Source: Heterodontus francisci (Eukaryota). From it: a stretch of 64,000 nucleotides of DNA. How positions within the stretch are numbered: position 1 is the stretch's first letter; every line of letters starts with the position of its first letter. Both the position numbers and the translations under genes were made by a program. Location: positions 992,001-1,056,000 of the forward strand of contig NW_027140825.1 of the NCBI RefSeq assembly GCF_036365525.1. The letters run 5' to 3'. Positions 25,822 to 38,547 of the stretch are shown here, piece after piece. The notes beneath the pieces were generated by a model, which saw only the letters and a list, made by a program, of their open reading frames with translations, was not told where the DNA came from and ran no database searches.

Positions 25822-27074
25822 CCAAAGGCAACAGGAAACACCTGTTTCAGATAAACCCAGACGGTGCTGCGTCCTGCTGGGTATTTTTGTCATTGGGAAC
25901 ATGTTTTTCACAAGAAGACAGGGCGGATTTAAATAGAACGAGATTAGATTTAGAGACAGTGGAAAATTGCGAGATAGAATTTCGAGGAATGAAACCGATA
26001 CTGAGAAGTTATAACGATCAAAGAAGTCTGAACCAGAAAAGAGAAGACTGAAGGATAAACCTTTAGTGTTCTTAGAGAGATTCTGAAAGGGTTTAATGNN
26101 NNNNNNNNNNNNNNNNNNNNNNNNNNNNNNNNNNNNNNNNNNNNNNNNNNNNNNNNNNNNNNNNNNNNNNNNNNNNNNNNNNNNNNNNNNNNNNNNNNNN
26201 NNNNNNNNNNNNNNNNNNNNNNNNNNNNNNNNNNNNNNNNNAGGTAGGCNNNNNNNNNNNNNNNNNNNNNNNNNNNNNNNNNNNNNNNNNNNNNNNNNNN
26301 NNNNNNNNNNNNNNNNNNNNNNNNNNNNNNNNNNNNNNNNNNNNNNNNNNNNNNNNNNNNNNNNNNNNNNNNNNNNNNNNNNNNNNNNNNNNNNNNNNNN
26401 NNNNNNNNNNNNNNNNNNNNNNNNNNNNNNNNNNNNNNNNNNNNNNNNNNNNNNNNNNNNNNNNNNNNNNNNNNNNNNNNNNNNNNNNNNNNNNNNNNNN
26501 NNNNNNNNNNNNNNNNNNNNNNNNNNNNNNNNNNNNNNNNNNNNNNNNNNNNNNNNNNNNNNNNNNNNNNNNNNNNNNNNNNNNNNNNNNNNNNNNNNNN
26601 NNNNNNNNNNNNNNNNNNNNNNNNNNNNNNNNNNNNNNNNNNNNNNNNNNNNNNNNNNNNNNNNNNNNNNNNNNNNNNNNNNNNNNNNNNNNNNNNNNNN
26701 NNNNNNNNNNNNNNNNNNNNNNNNNNNNNNNNNNNNNNNNNNNNNNNNNNNNNNNNNNNNNNNNNNNNNNNNNNNNNNNNNNNNNNNNNNNNNNNNNNNN
26801 NNNNNNNNNNNNNNNNNNNNNNNNNNNNNNNNNNNNNNNNNNNNNNNNNNNNNNNNNNNNNNGATAGATAGGTAAATAGATATACAGACACTGTTGTGTT
26901 TTATTCACTGACAGTGTTGTCTTTCTCCACAGTGACAGCAGAGGGCGGTGTAGGACCGTGATAAGTATCAGATTATTGATGATGTTTCAATCGGGACTTT
27001 GAAACTTGTCCATGAACATCTCCTGATAATTAAATAACTACATCCTGGTTACAGACTGGTGAACTGAACACAAG

Positions 27075-27640
27075 GTACCGCAGATGCTGGATGGTTTCGG
27101 TTCTGGGTGCTCTGTCACGATATTGGTGCTCGTTGCATTTCTGGGTTATAAATAAATAAGGATGGAAATGTTAATCAGATCAGACAGCCTCTGTGGAGGG
27201 AGAAAAAAACATTAGCATATCAGGTCGTAGATCTTTCAACAGAACTGGAAGGATTTAGAGATCTATTAAGTTTTAAGCAGCACAAAGTCAGAGAGAGGGG
27301 GAATGGGAGAAATGCAAAAGAGATTTAATAACAAAACTGAGGCTGGTGCAAGACAAAATGGATGTTAATGGGTCAAGTAAAGAACAAACGATGGGTCCAG
27401 AAGAGGCAGAACTGGCAGAAACACAATCATTACCAACAAGCCTCTGTCCAAATAAACCGGAGCAGTGGTTATGATCAGAAATGGTTAAATTGGCTGTTGA
27501 GTCCAGAAAGCTGTAAAGTGTCCGATTGAAAGATGAGGGGCTGTTCTTCGAGTTTCTGTTGAGCTTCACTGGAGCAGAGGAGGAGGTCGAGGACAGAGAG
27601 GTCAGGGTGGGAGTGGGAATGGGAATTAAAAGTGTCCACT
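27075..27640 (-). mobile_element. Penelope-like retroelement 3' fragment (paralog ~39105-39620)
   Basis: Minus ORF FNSHSHSHPDLSVL.LL.CS.EAQ.KLEEQ.LIF..TLQ.SGLN matches the GIY-YIG C-terminus of vertebrate Penelope elements; pLTR-like sequence follows. Confidence 0.75.
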
Positions 27641-28367
27641 AACCAGAATCTCAGGGTCACTCTTGCTGCCTGAATGCAGGATGTTCCACAATGCTGTCAC
27701 CTTGGTGCTGTATTTGGTCTCTGCAGCTGGTCCCACTCCCCCTGCCCTTTCTAAATAACACTGCACATTTTCCCTTCAGATAATTATCCAAATTTCCTTT
27801 TGAAAGCCACGATTGAACCTGCCTCCCCCGCACTCTCAGGTAGTGCATTCCAGATCCTCACCACTCACTGTGTCAAAACGTTTCCTCAGTTCACCTTTGG
27901 ATCTTTTGCCAATTACCTTCAGTAAGTGCCCTCTGGTTATCAATACATCCGCCCATGAAACACAGAGACAGAGAGGGTGAATCAGGGAGACATAGAGAGG
28001 AAAAACTCAACGTAAAAGAACGGGACAGAGGGAGACAGAGAGAGAAATACACACACACACACACACACAGAAAAAGAGAGAAAGAGATTGAAAGAGTGGG
28101 AGACATAAAGCTCGATACATGCAGAGAGAGAGAGTGAGGAACAATGAGTAAGAAAGAGAGAGGAAGGCGGATTGAGATCGATAGAGAGAGACATTGACAA
28201 ACTATTCCACTCTGACTTGTTTACCTGGGCGTCACCATCTCTGCATCACTTCCTAATGCTCTTCCTGTTCCTCCCAATGATTTGTAAAGAGTGGGTTGGT
28301 TATTGACAACACTGATCACTCCTGCTCTCTCCCCTTTGCTGATTCAGAGGGCAGCTTAAAGTAAAAG

Positions 28368-28842
28368 ATGTATCTGTTACTGGCTCTGATCACCCTGTTT
28401 CACCGTAAGGCGTTTTATTAAAACAATAATTCTACTTAACATTTCTTTCGTTTTATTTTTCTTTGATTTTCTCTCTCTCCCTTTTCTCCCCACTGGACTG
28501 AATGTCCCTGTTTATTGATCTCTTCCTCTCCCTGTATCTTTCCCAGATGTGAACTCACAGACGATGCACCAGACTCCCGCCGCTGTCTCCAAATTGTCTG
28601 GGGAGCAGGTGAAGCTGAAATGCACCGTGCAGGGCAGCAGTAACCCTGACATGTTCTGGTACAGACAACAGCCAGGGAAGGAGCCTCAGCTGATGTTTTA
28701 CTCCCGAAGTGGACAAAGCGTGAACTCAGAGGGGACGGTGGAGGGTTTCACCGCCGAGAGACGGAGTAACTCCGAGTTCCACCTGGAGTCCTCCAGCCTG
28801 CGGGAGAATCACTCGGCCGTGTATTTCTGTGCCTGGAGTCTT
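28368..28842 (+). CDS. TRBV: TRBV30-like family B V segment (apparently functional)
   Basis: Leader 28368-28404 (MYLLLALITLFH), intron 28405-28546, V exon 28547-28842 ending YFCAWSL. Confidence 0.9.
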
Positions 28843-28881
28843 CACAGTGACCCAGAGGGATGGAGCAGTTCAACAAAAACC
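28843..28881 (+). other. 23-bp RSS
   Basis: CACAGTG + 23 nt + ACAAAAACC. Confidence 0.95.
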
Positions 28882-29822
28882 CCAAAGGCAGCAGGAAACA
28901 CATGTTTCAGATAAAACCAGGCGGTGCTGCGTCTTGTTGGGTGATTTCATCATTGGGAACATGTTCTTCACAAGAAGTCAGCGCGGATTTAAAGAGAAAG
29001 TGAGAGGTTAGATTTCGAAGCACCGAGGAATTGCGAATTAGACTTTACAGGAACACAGAGTTTAAAGCGAACATGATAGTTTGAATATCGGGGTATCTTT
29101 GCTCCAGAAAAGAGAAGAATGAAGGGTAAACCTTCAGCGGTCTTAGAGAGATTGTTAAAGATTTTAATATGTGAAGTGAAGATCAGAAACAACAGCGAGA
29201 GAGACAGAGATTGATAGAGAGATCGAGAGAGATACAGAGAGAGATGANNNNNNNNNNNNNNNNNNNNNNNNNNNNNNNNNNNNNNNNNNNNNNNNNNNNN
29301 NNNNNNNNNNNNNNNNNNNNNNNNNNNNNNNNNNNNNNNNNNNNNNNNNNNNNNNNNNNNNNNNNNNNNNNNNNNNNNNNNNNNNNNNNNNNNNNNNNNN
29401 NNNNNNNNNNNNNNNNNNNNNNNNNNNNNNNNNNNNNNNNNNGAGAGGGAAATAAATAGAGATGGATAGATAGATAGAGAGAGACAGAGAGAGATTGATA
29501 GATAGAGAGATAGATAGAGAGAGGGAGAAAGAGAGACACGGATAGAGAGAGGGAGAGAGACAGAGACAGTGAGAGAGAGATAAAGAGAAGTAGAGAGAGA
29601 GATAGAGAGAGAGGGAAAGATAGAGAGAGATGGATGGATTGATGAATGGATATTGAAGGTGTGGTTTTATGTCACTGTGTTTTCTTTCTCCAAAGGGACA
29701 GTAGAGTGCGCTGTTGGACCATGATAAACATCAGAGTCTGAAACACACTTTAACAGTGACCTGGGAACACAAGGAGTTCATTCATCACCTCGGAAACATT
29801 CCGACCTTCACTGAGATCATGA

Positions 29823-29936
29823 AATAAAGACAAGAAATCCTGGAACCACATTGCGGGTCTGGCAGCATCTGTGGAAAGAGAAGCTGAGTTAACGTTTCGG
29901 GTCAGTGACCCTTCTTTCGGGTCAGTAATCCTTTAT
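29823..29936 (-). mobile_element. Short Penelope pLTR-like insertion with 16-bp target-site duplication
   Basis: TTCACTGAGATCATGA at 29807-29822 and 29937-29952; insertion absent at paralogous sites ~34610, ~45265, ~53610. Confidence 0.7.
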
Positions 29937-29959
29937 TTCACTGAGATCATGACTGATCG

Positions 29960-30320
29960 ATAACTTCCCATCGCTCTCTCTCTCCAACCCTCTCTCTCCC
30001 TCTCTCCATCCCTCTCTTTCTCCATCCCTCTCTCTCCCTCTCTCTCTATCCCTCTCGCTCCCACTCTCCATCCTCTCTCTTCCTGTCTCCATCCCTCTCT
30101 CTCCCTCTCTCTCTCCATCCTTCTCTCATCCTCTCTCCATCTCTCTCCCTCCATCTCTCTCCATCCCTCTCTCTCCTACACTCTCCATCCCTCTCTCTGC
30201 TCCTCTCCATCCCTCTCTCTTCCTATCTCCATTCCTCTCTCTCCCTCTCTCGCCATCCATCTCTGCCTCTCTCGCCATCATGCTCTCTCCCTCTCTCTCC
30301 ATCCCACTCTCTCACTCTCG
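29960..30320. repeat. CT-rich (CTCTCCATCC-like) simple repeat
   Basis: Direct inspection. Confidence 0.9.
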
Positions 30321-31099
30321 CTACCAAGCTGGTGTAAAATGAGAGAATGCCAATTAACATCCCTGTCTTTTACAGGGCAGTGACTGTCTCTCTATCTCGC
30401 TCGTTATTTTTCTACCTACATGACTTTCCCTCGATCTCTCTATATCTCTACCTCTCTCTATATCTATCTGTCAACCTGACTGACTCTCTATCTATCTATC
30501 TATCTCTCTACCTGGTTATCTAGCTCTCTGTCTCTGTATGTATCAAACTCTATCTTTCGGTGATTACAGTTTGAATGAACTAATTAAACATACTGCAGTA
30601 ATGTAATGAATGACCGTCTTTTCATAGATTTTCTATATATTGACCAGTAGAAGATGTGGTTTGTCATCAATTACGTATCAAAATCCTCTCTGATCTCCAA
30701 TATCTGTATCACATCCACCATTAACCTTCGCTGCTCGAAGGAGAGAAACCCCCAGCTTCTCCAGTCTCCCCACAGTAACTGAAGTCCCTCATCCCTGGTA
30801 ACAGATGGTTAATCTCTTTCTAACCTTCACTACACAGAGGCGAACAACTCCCCAATTCACAGGAACTAACTCAGCTCAGAACCATTAACCATCTGAGCGC
30901 TGTTTCACACTGTTCAGATACCCTCTCCAGATACCTTCATCTCTGGGACACCTGCCTCCTGACAGCGAGTTCATAAGCTGCTGAAAACTGTTTACCCACT
31001 TTCATCTCAGACTCCAGTCACATTTGATGTGTTTTTCAAAGAAATTAGCAGTTCAGACCAGTGAACAATTTAACCCTTTAACTCCCATTCACCACGCTG

Positions 31100-31460
31100 G
31101 TTCGGCAGCAGAGCAGTTATGTTACTGGACTCGAAATCCAGAGGCATGGACTAATGATCTCCAGACTTGAGTTCAATTCCCACTGGGGCAGAAATGCAAT
31201 TTAAATTCAATTAATTAAATAAATAAAAATCTATCAGAGACACTATGAGTAATCATGAACATGGAGTGTCGTAAAAACCCAACGTCTTCATTGATTACCT
31301 TCAGGGAAGGAAATCTGCCATTCTTACCCGGTCTGGCCTATATCTGATTGCAGACCCACAGCAATGTAGTTGACTACTAACTGCCCTCTGATATGGCCTA
31401 GCAGGTATTCCCGAAGATGGTTCACTACCACCTTCTCAGAGGCAATAAGGGATGGGCACA
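31100..31460 (+). mobile_element. tRNA-headed SINE (MetaSINE-like central domain); paralog 45700-46060, minus-strand copies ~32855-33230, ~51610-51970, ~22330-22560
   Basis: gtcgtaaaaaccca..ccttcagggaaggaaatctgcc..ttacccggtctggcc core; family name is from memory. Confidence 0.65.
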
Positions 31461-31746
31461 CTCTCTGGGTATGGAGTGTTGTTTCCCTGAATTCTACTCT
31501 ATCAAATCCCTTTCTGAAATGTGAACACCTCTATTCACTCTCCCCCTATCCTCCTGTGTTGTATCATTCTACAACATTGCTAACCAATGTAATGGGGTGG
31601 AGCAGAGTGTCGCAGTAAGTGACTGCCAATCACAATGACAACCGGATGCTGGGTATTTAATTGGATACAATATAGAAACCGCCTGCAGGTATGTTGTTGA
31701 AAACTCCACACGTTCACGCATCGAGTTAGTATCGAATGAAGAAATC

Positions 31747-32581
31747 ATGTTGCATAAAGTTCTCTGTCTAATCTTGATGGCTGCACTCTTCCCACGTAAG
31801 TCAAAGTCAGAAACTGTGTCGAATAATGTATTGTAAAGTCAGCGGTGATTCTGTTCCATAACACTGCTGTGTCAGAGTCTCACTCCAGAATACTTGAGCT
31901 CAAAGTCAAAACTAACACCCCAGGTGTCAGGGCTGTGGGAGTGCTGGACTGTCACAGAGGCAGTACTGAAGGTGTGCTGCACTGTCGCAGAGGCAGTACT
32001 GAGGGAGTGCTGCACTGTCGCAGAGGCAGTACTGAGGGAGTGCAGCACTGTCACAGAGGCAGTACTGAGGGAGTGCTGCACTGTTGCAGAGGCAGTACTG
32101 AGGGAGTGCCGCACTGTCGCAGAGGCAGTACTGAGGGAGTAACTACATTGGTTGCAAAGCCCTTTCTGAGGTCCTGAGGTCCTGAACGGCGATATATTAA
32201 TGTAATCCCTCTCTTTCTTGCAATGCAGCTCCTGCTCCAATCCATTATTGACTGAAATAATAATCTAATCGATGTTCCATTCCACAGGAATACTCTCCTC
32301 CTATGTGGAACAGTCGCCCTCTATCCTATCGATTGCTGCAGGGGAGTCGACAACACTCAGATGCACGCTGACCAATACTGCCTATTCCGATATGTACTGG
32401 TACAGACAACAACCAGACAGGGCACTGGAAGCTCTGTTCTATTCTGCTACAGAAGGGTCTGTTACCAATTACACGTCCGAGTCATTTAAGGCAGTCAGAT
32501 CCAGCAATACACTGTTTCCTTTGGCACTGAGAGACGCCGCTCCATCTCACACCGCTGTCTATTTCTGCGCTTGTAGTGTCA
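31747..32581 (+). CDS. TRBV: TCR beta V segment, CACS family copy 1 (apparently functional)
   Basis: Leader 31747-31795 (MLHKVLCLILMAALFP), intron 31796-32287, V exon 32288-32581 YVEQSP..C..MYWYRQ..YFCACSV. Confidence 0.88.
31935..32140 (+). repeat. Intronic 33-bp minisatellite (~6 copies; paralog 46535-46740)
   Basis: Unit GAGGGAGTGCTGCACTGTCGCAGAGGCAGTACT. Confidence 0.95.
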
Positions 32582-32620
32582 CACAGTGTTTGAGAAAGCG
32601 GATCCTCAGCTGCAAAAACC
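32582..32620 (+). other. 23-bp RSS
   Basis: CACAGTG + 23 nt + GCAAAAACC. Confidence 0.95.
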
Positions 32621-32639
32621 TGCAGCGGATGAACGGGAG

Positions 32640-32673
32640 TTCAGTGCTCATCATCCACCGGCAGGGGGCAGCA
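32640..32673 (+). promoter_or_regulatory. Putative RSS-adjacent CTCF site
   Basis: CCGGCAGGGGGCAG core at 32658-32671, 37 nt after the nonamer. Confidence 0.6.
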
Positions 32674-33613
32674 GTAGATTTGATCCTCCCTGATGGTGAT
32701 GGGCACAGTAATGAGCACAGACCAAGCTGTAGAATAGATCAGCAGCCCAGTGTGACCCAGATATTGTTGCACCTACATCCCTCGGGCCAATGTTGCAGAA
32801 AACGTTTGCCAGGAGTCCCACCTGACCATTTGTGAATCAACATCTGGCTGTTTTTCTTAATTCGTTCATGGAATGTGGGCCTCGCTGGCTAGGCCAGCAT
32901 TTATTGCCCATCCCTGATTGCCCTTGAACTGAGTGACTTGCTTGGTCATTCCAGAGGGCATTTAACGGTCAACCACATTGTGTGGATCCGGAGTCACATG
33001 TAGACCAGACCAGGTGAAGGCGGTAGATTTCCTTCCCTAACATCAGTGAACGAGAGGGATTGTTGCAACAATGGTCACCATTAGACGAGATTCTTTTGAA
33101 AATATAGAAATATTAATGTCATTGAAATGTCATTATCTGTGTTGGTGGGATTCACCCCCCCCCCCCTCCCCCGCCCCACGTCGCTATAACTCTAGCCGAG
33201 GCTGTGGATTAAGAATCTAGTCAAGTCAGCCACACACTAATACATCCCCTACAGGAGCAGATCATTTGGAATGCAGAGGTCTGTAATTGGAAATCTACAT
33301 GTGGCTAATGTGGGAATGCCGATGAGGTTCATTATGTACAATTGGAGATTTCTAATCAGCAGATTAGAAACTGAACAACAGACACCCTTGTTGGGGATGT
33401 TAACAACACTTACTCCAGTCACTCAACCATCAAAAGCAACCACGTCCATTCTGATTGGTTGGGTGCTGGAAGGGGCGTGTCCAACACTGCATTACTTCCT
33501 CATGCCCTTCATGTTTTACTCAATGACTTGTAAAGAGCGGATTGGTTAGTCACAGAACTGATTTCCTTTGTTCCATTTCCTTTGCTGTTTGAGAGGGCAG
33601 TGTCAAGTGGGAG

Positions 33614-34055
33614 ATGTATCTGTTCCTGGCTCTGATAATCCTGGTTCAAGGATACAAAGATTATCCTTCAGAACCTTCCTGTCTTCTCCCTGTCTCCCTT
33701 CCATTCCCAGAAGTTCCCTGTTTACTGATCTCCTCCTCTCTCCATCTCTCTCCCAGATGTCAACTCACAGACTATCCACCAGACTCCCGCCGCAGTCTCC
33801 AGGTTTCCCGAGAAATGAGTGGAACTGAGGTGCACCGTGGAGGGGAGCAGCAGTAACCTCTCCATGTACTGGTACAGACAATACCCGGGGAAGGAGCCGC
33901 TGTTGATGTTTTACTCCAATACTGTTAACTATGTGGATCCAGAGGGGACAGTGGGTGGTTTCACCGCCGAGAGACCGACTGACTCTCAGTTCAATCTGGA
34001 GACCTCCAGCCTGCGGGAGAATCACTCGGCCGTGTATTTCTGAGCCTGGAGACTT
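33614..34055 (+). pseudogene. TRBV: Family B V pseudogene
   Basis: Leader splice donor deleted (vs 52409 paralog), TGA at 33816, second Cys TGT>TGA at 34041, RSS CACACTG/ATAAAAACC (34056-34094). Confidence 0.92.
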
Positions 34056-35755
34056 CACACTGACTGAGAGAATTGGAACAGTTCAATAAAAACCCCAAAG
34101 GCAGCAGGAAACACCTGTTTCAGATAAAACCAGGCGGTGCTGCGTCCTGTTGGGTGTTTTTATCATTGGGATCATGTTTTCTGCAAGAAGACAGGGTGGA
34201 TTTAAATAGAAGGTCGCAGGTTAGAAAGAAGAACAGGGAAATTGCGAAATATACTTAACATGAACACAGAGGTTAAAGTTATGAAGATTAATTTGAACAG
34301 TGGGGGATCTTTGCTCCAGAAAGGAGAAGACTGNNNNNNNNNNNNNNNNNNNNNNNNNNNNNNNNNNNNNNNNNNNNNNNNNNNNNNNNNNNNNNNNNNN
34401 NNNNNNNNNNNNNNNNNNNNNNNNNNNNNNNNNNNNNNNNNNNNNNNNNNNNNNNNNNNNNNNNNNNNNNNCACTGTGTTTCCTTTCTCCAAAGGGACAG
34501 CAGAGTGCACTGCAGGACCATGATAAACATCAGAGTCTGCAACACACTTTAACAGTGACCTGGGAACACAAGGAGACCATTCATCACCTCGGAAACACTC
34601 CGACCTTCAATGAGATCATGACTGATCAATAACTTCCTGTCGCTCCCTCTCTCCATCCCTCTTTCTCCATCCCTCTCTCCATCCCTCTCTCCATCCCCCT
34701 CTCTCCCCCTCTCTCCATCCCTCTTTCCCCATCCCTACCCTCCCTCTCTCTCCCTCCCTCGCTCTCCCACTAGCAACAAAGCCGGTGTAAAACGAGAGAA
34801 TGCCAATTAACATCCCTGTCTTTTACACGGGCAGTGACTGCCTCTCTATCTAGCTCGCTAAATCTCTACCTATCTTACTTTCCCTCTATCTCTGTATTTC
34901 TCTACCTCTCTATCTATCTATCTGTGTACCTGACTGTCTATCGATCTATCTCTCTACCTGGTTATCTATCGCTCTTTCTCGCTATCTATCTAACTCTATC
35001 TTTAGCTGATTACAGTTTGTATGAACTGATTAAACATACTGTAATAATGTAATGAATGACCATCTTTTCATCGATTTTGTATATATTGACCATATATGAT
35101 GTGGTTTGTCATCAATTATCTATCAAAATCCTCCATGATCTTCAATGTCTGTATCACATCTACCATGAACCTTCTGTGCTGTAAGTAGAGTAACCCCCAC
35201 CTTCTCCAGTCTCTCCACAGTAACTGAAGTCCCTCATCCCTGGCACCAGTCTGGTTAATATCCCTCTCACCTTCACTGCACAGAGGGGAACAACACCCAA
35301 TGCACAGGGACTCAATACATCCGGTGATGAAACACAGATAAAGAGAGGGTGAATCAGGGAGACATAGAGAGGAAAAACTCAGCGTAAATGAACGGGTCAG
35401 AAGGAGACAGAGAGAGAACGACACACACTCACACACACACACAAATACAGAGTGAGAAAGAGATTGAAAGAGTTGGAGACATAAAGCTCGATACATGCAG
35501 AGAGAGAGAGAGAGAGAGAGATAGAAACAAAGAGTAAGAAAGAGAGAGGAAGGCGGATTGAGATAGATAGAGAGAGAGACGTTGTCAACCGACTCCACTC
35601 TAACTTGTTGACCTGGGCGTCAACATCTCTGCATCACTTCCTAATGCTCTCCCTGTTCCTCCCAATGATTTTCAAACAGTGGGTTGGTTATTGACAACAC
35701 TCATCACTCCTGCTCTCTTCTCTTTGCTGATTCAGAGGGCAGCTTAAAGTAAAAG

Positions 35756-36228
35756 ATGTATCTGTTACTGACTCTGATCACCCTGTTTCACCGTAAGGGA
35801 TTATATTGAAACAATAATTCTACTTAACATTTCTTTCGTTGTATTTATTTTTGATTCTCTCTCTCTCTTCTCTCTCCCCAAGGCACTGAATTTCCCTGTT
35901 TACTGATCTCTCTGTCTCTTTCCCAGATGTGAACTCACAGACTATCCACCAGACTCCCACCGCTGTCTCTAAATTGCCTGGTGAGAGAGTGGAACTGAAG
36001 TGCACTGTGCAGCGCAGCAGCACCAGTATCCTCTACATGTACTGGTACAGACAATAGCCGGGGAAGGAGCCGCAGATGATGTTTTACTCTATCACTGCAC
36101 AAAACGTGAAATCAGAGGGGATGGTGGACGGTTTCACCGCCGAGAGACCGAGTAACTTCGACTTCAACCTGGAGTCCTCCAGCCTGCGGGAGGATCACTC
36201 GGCCGTGTATTTCTGTGCCTGGAGTCTT
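35756..36228 (+). pseudogene. TRBV: Family B V pseudogene with intact RSS
   Basis: Leader 35756-35792, V exon from 35927, TAG at 36055-36057; RSS CACAGTG-23-ACAAAAACC at 36229-36267. Confidence 0.9.
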
Positions 36229-36342
36229 CACAGTGACTTAGAGAGATGGAGCAGTTCAACAAAAACCCCAAAGGCAGCAGGAAACACCTGTGGACTTTAA
36301 AACTGCTCGGAGCCGAGAACTTCTTTCGTTTAGCAGAGCGAA

Positions 36343-37974
36343 AGAATACTGAGATTCAGGCTACTCGGCTAGATGGGATTGAGGTTCACAAGGAGGAGGT
36401 GTTAGCAATTTTGGAAAGTGTGAAAATAGATAAGTCCCCTGGGCCAGATGGGATTTATCCTAGGATTCTCTGGGAAGCCAGGGAGGAGATTGCAGAGACT
36501 TTGTCCTTGATCTTTATGTCATCATTGTCGACAGGAATAGTGCTGGAAGACTGGAGGATAGCAAATGTTGTCCCCTTGTTCAAGAAGGGGAGTAGAGACA
36601 GCCCTGGTAATTATAGACCTGTGAGCCTTACTTCGGTTGTGGGTAAAATGTTGGAAAAGGTTACAAGAGACAGGATTTATAATCATCTTGAAAAGAATAA
36701 GTTCATTAGCGATAGTCAGCACGGTTTTGTGAAAGGTAGGTCGTGCCTCACAAACCTTATTGAGTTTTTCGAGAAGGTGACCAAACAGGTGGATGAGGGT
36801 AAAGCCGTGGATGTGGTCTATATGGATTTCAGTAAGGCGTTTGATAAGGTTCCCCACGGTAGGCTATTGCAGAAAATACGGAAGTATGGGGTTGAAGGTG
36901 AATTAGTGCTTTGGATCAGAAATTGGCTAGCTGAAAGAAGACAGAGGGTGGTGGTTAATGGCAAATGTTCATCCTGGAGTTTAGTTACTAGTGGTGTACC
37001 GCAAGGATCTGTTTTGGGGCCACTGCTGTTTGTCATTTTTATAAATGACCTGGAAGAGGGTGTAGAAGGGTGGGTTAGTAAATTTGCAGATGACACTAAG
37101 GTCGGTGGAGTTGTGGATAGTGCCGAAGGATGTTGTAGGGTACAGAGGGACATAGATAGGCTGCAGAGCTGGGCTGAGAGATGGCAAATGGAGTTTAATG
37201 TGGAAAAGTGCGAGGTGATTCACTTTGGAAGGAGTAACAGGAATGCAGAGTACTGGGCTAATGGGAAGATTCTTGGTAGTGTAGATGAACAGAGAGATCT
37301 TGGTGTCCAGGTGCATAAATCCCTGAAGGTTGCTACCCAGGTTAATAGGGCTGTTAAGAAGGCATATGGTGTGTTAGCTTTTATTAGTAGGGGGATCGAG
37401 TTTCGGAGCCACGAGGTCATGCTGCAGCTGTACAAAACTCTGGTGAGACCGCACCTGGAGTATTGCGTGCAGTTCTGGTCACCGCATTATAGGAAGGATG
37501 TGGAAGCTTTGGAAAAGGTGCAGAGGAGATTTACTAGGATGTTGCCTGGTATGGAGGGAAGGTCCTACGAGGAAATGTTGAGGGACTTGAGGTTGTTTTC
37601 GTTGGAGAGAAGGAGGAGGAGAGGTGACTTAATAGAGACATATAAGATAATCAGAGGGTTAGATAGGGTGGATAGTGAGAGTCTTTTTCCTCGGATGGTG
37701 ATGGAAAACACGAGGGAACATAGCTTTAAGTTGAGGGGTGATAGATATAGGACAGATGTCAGAGGTAGTTTCTTTACACAGAGAGTAGTATGGGCGTGGA
37801 ACGCCCTGCCTGCAACAGTAGTAGACTCGCCAACTTTAAGGGCATTTAAGTGGTCATTGGATAGACATATGGATGAAAATGGAATAGTGTAGGTCAGATG
37901 GTTTCACAGGTCGGCGCAACATCGAGGGCCGAAGGGCCTGTACTGCGCTGTAATGTGCTAATTCTAATTCTAAT
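36343..37974 (+). mobile_element. Young 5'-truncated CR1 (HER1-like) LINE with uninterrupted RT frame
   Basis: ORF to 37892 with QGSVLGPLLF, FADDTK, LVRPHLEYCVQFWSP; 3' tail ends (ATTCTA)n. Confidence 0.95.
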
Positions 37975-38091
37975 AACAAAAACACCAAAGGCAGCAGGAA
38001 AGATTCGTAAAGAGTGGATTTGGACCCTCACAAGACTCTAAGCTCCTACTGTCACTCCTGTGTCTATTAAGAGAACAAGTTACAGTGAAAG

Positions 38092-38547
38092 ATGTATCTG
38101 TTACTGGGTCTGATAATCCTGTTTCATTGTAAGTGAGTGTGAAATACAAAGATTATCATTAATAACTTTCCTCTCCTCTCCCTGTCTTCCTTTCATTCCC
38201 AGAAGTTCCCTGTTTACTGATCTCCTCCTCTGTCCATCTCTGTCCCAGATGTGAACTCACAGACTATCCACCAGACTCCTGCCGCTGTCTCCAGATTTCC
38301 CGGGAAAGGAGTGGAACTGATGTGCACTGTCAAGGGGAGCAGCAGTAGCATCTCCATGTACTGGTACAGACAACACCCGGGGAAGGAGCCGCTGTTGATG
38401 TTTTACTCCAGTACTGTTAACTATGTGGATCCAGAGGGGACGGTGGAAGGTTTTACCGCCGAGAAACTGAATAAGTACGAGTTCAAACTGGAGTCCTCCA
38501 GCCTGCGTGAGAATCACTCGGCCGTGTATTTCTGTGCCTGGAGTCTT
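38092..38547 (+). CDS. TRBV: TRBV30-like family B V segment, open frame but 17-bp RSS spacer and truncated promoter
   Basis: Leader 38092-38128, intron 38129-38248, V exon 38249-38547. Confidence 0.85.

Noticed and set aside
26928-26966. Isolated CACAGTG heptamers (also reverse CACTGTG at ~29673, 34472, 53471) as D-segment or cryptic RSS
   Set aside because: No nonamer at 12 or 23 nt
27084-27145. Hydrophobic MLDGFGSGCSVTILVLVAFLG as a V leader
   Set aside because: Poor donor, no V exon follows, lies at a Penelope terminus and is degraded in the paralog
31845-32177. EGVLHCRRGST repeat protein
   Set aside because: Translation of an intronic 33-bp minisatellite
36246-37892. 548-aa ORF starting at an ATG inside the RSS spacer and running into RT, a possible domesticated RT
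   Set aside because: The N-terminus is chance read-through of post-RSS sequence present after every family B gene; the rest is an ordinary young truncated CR1
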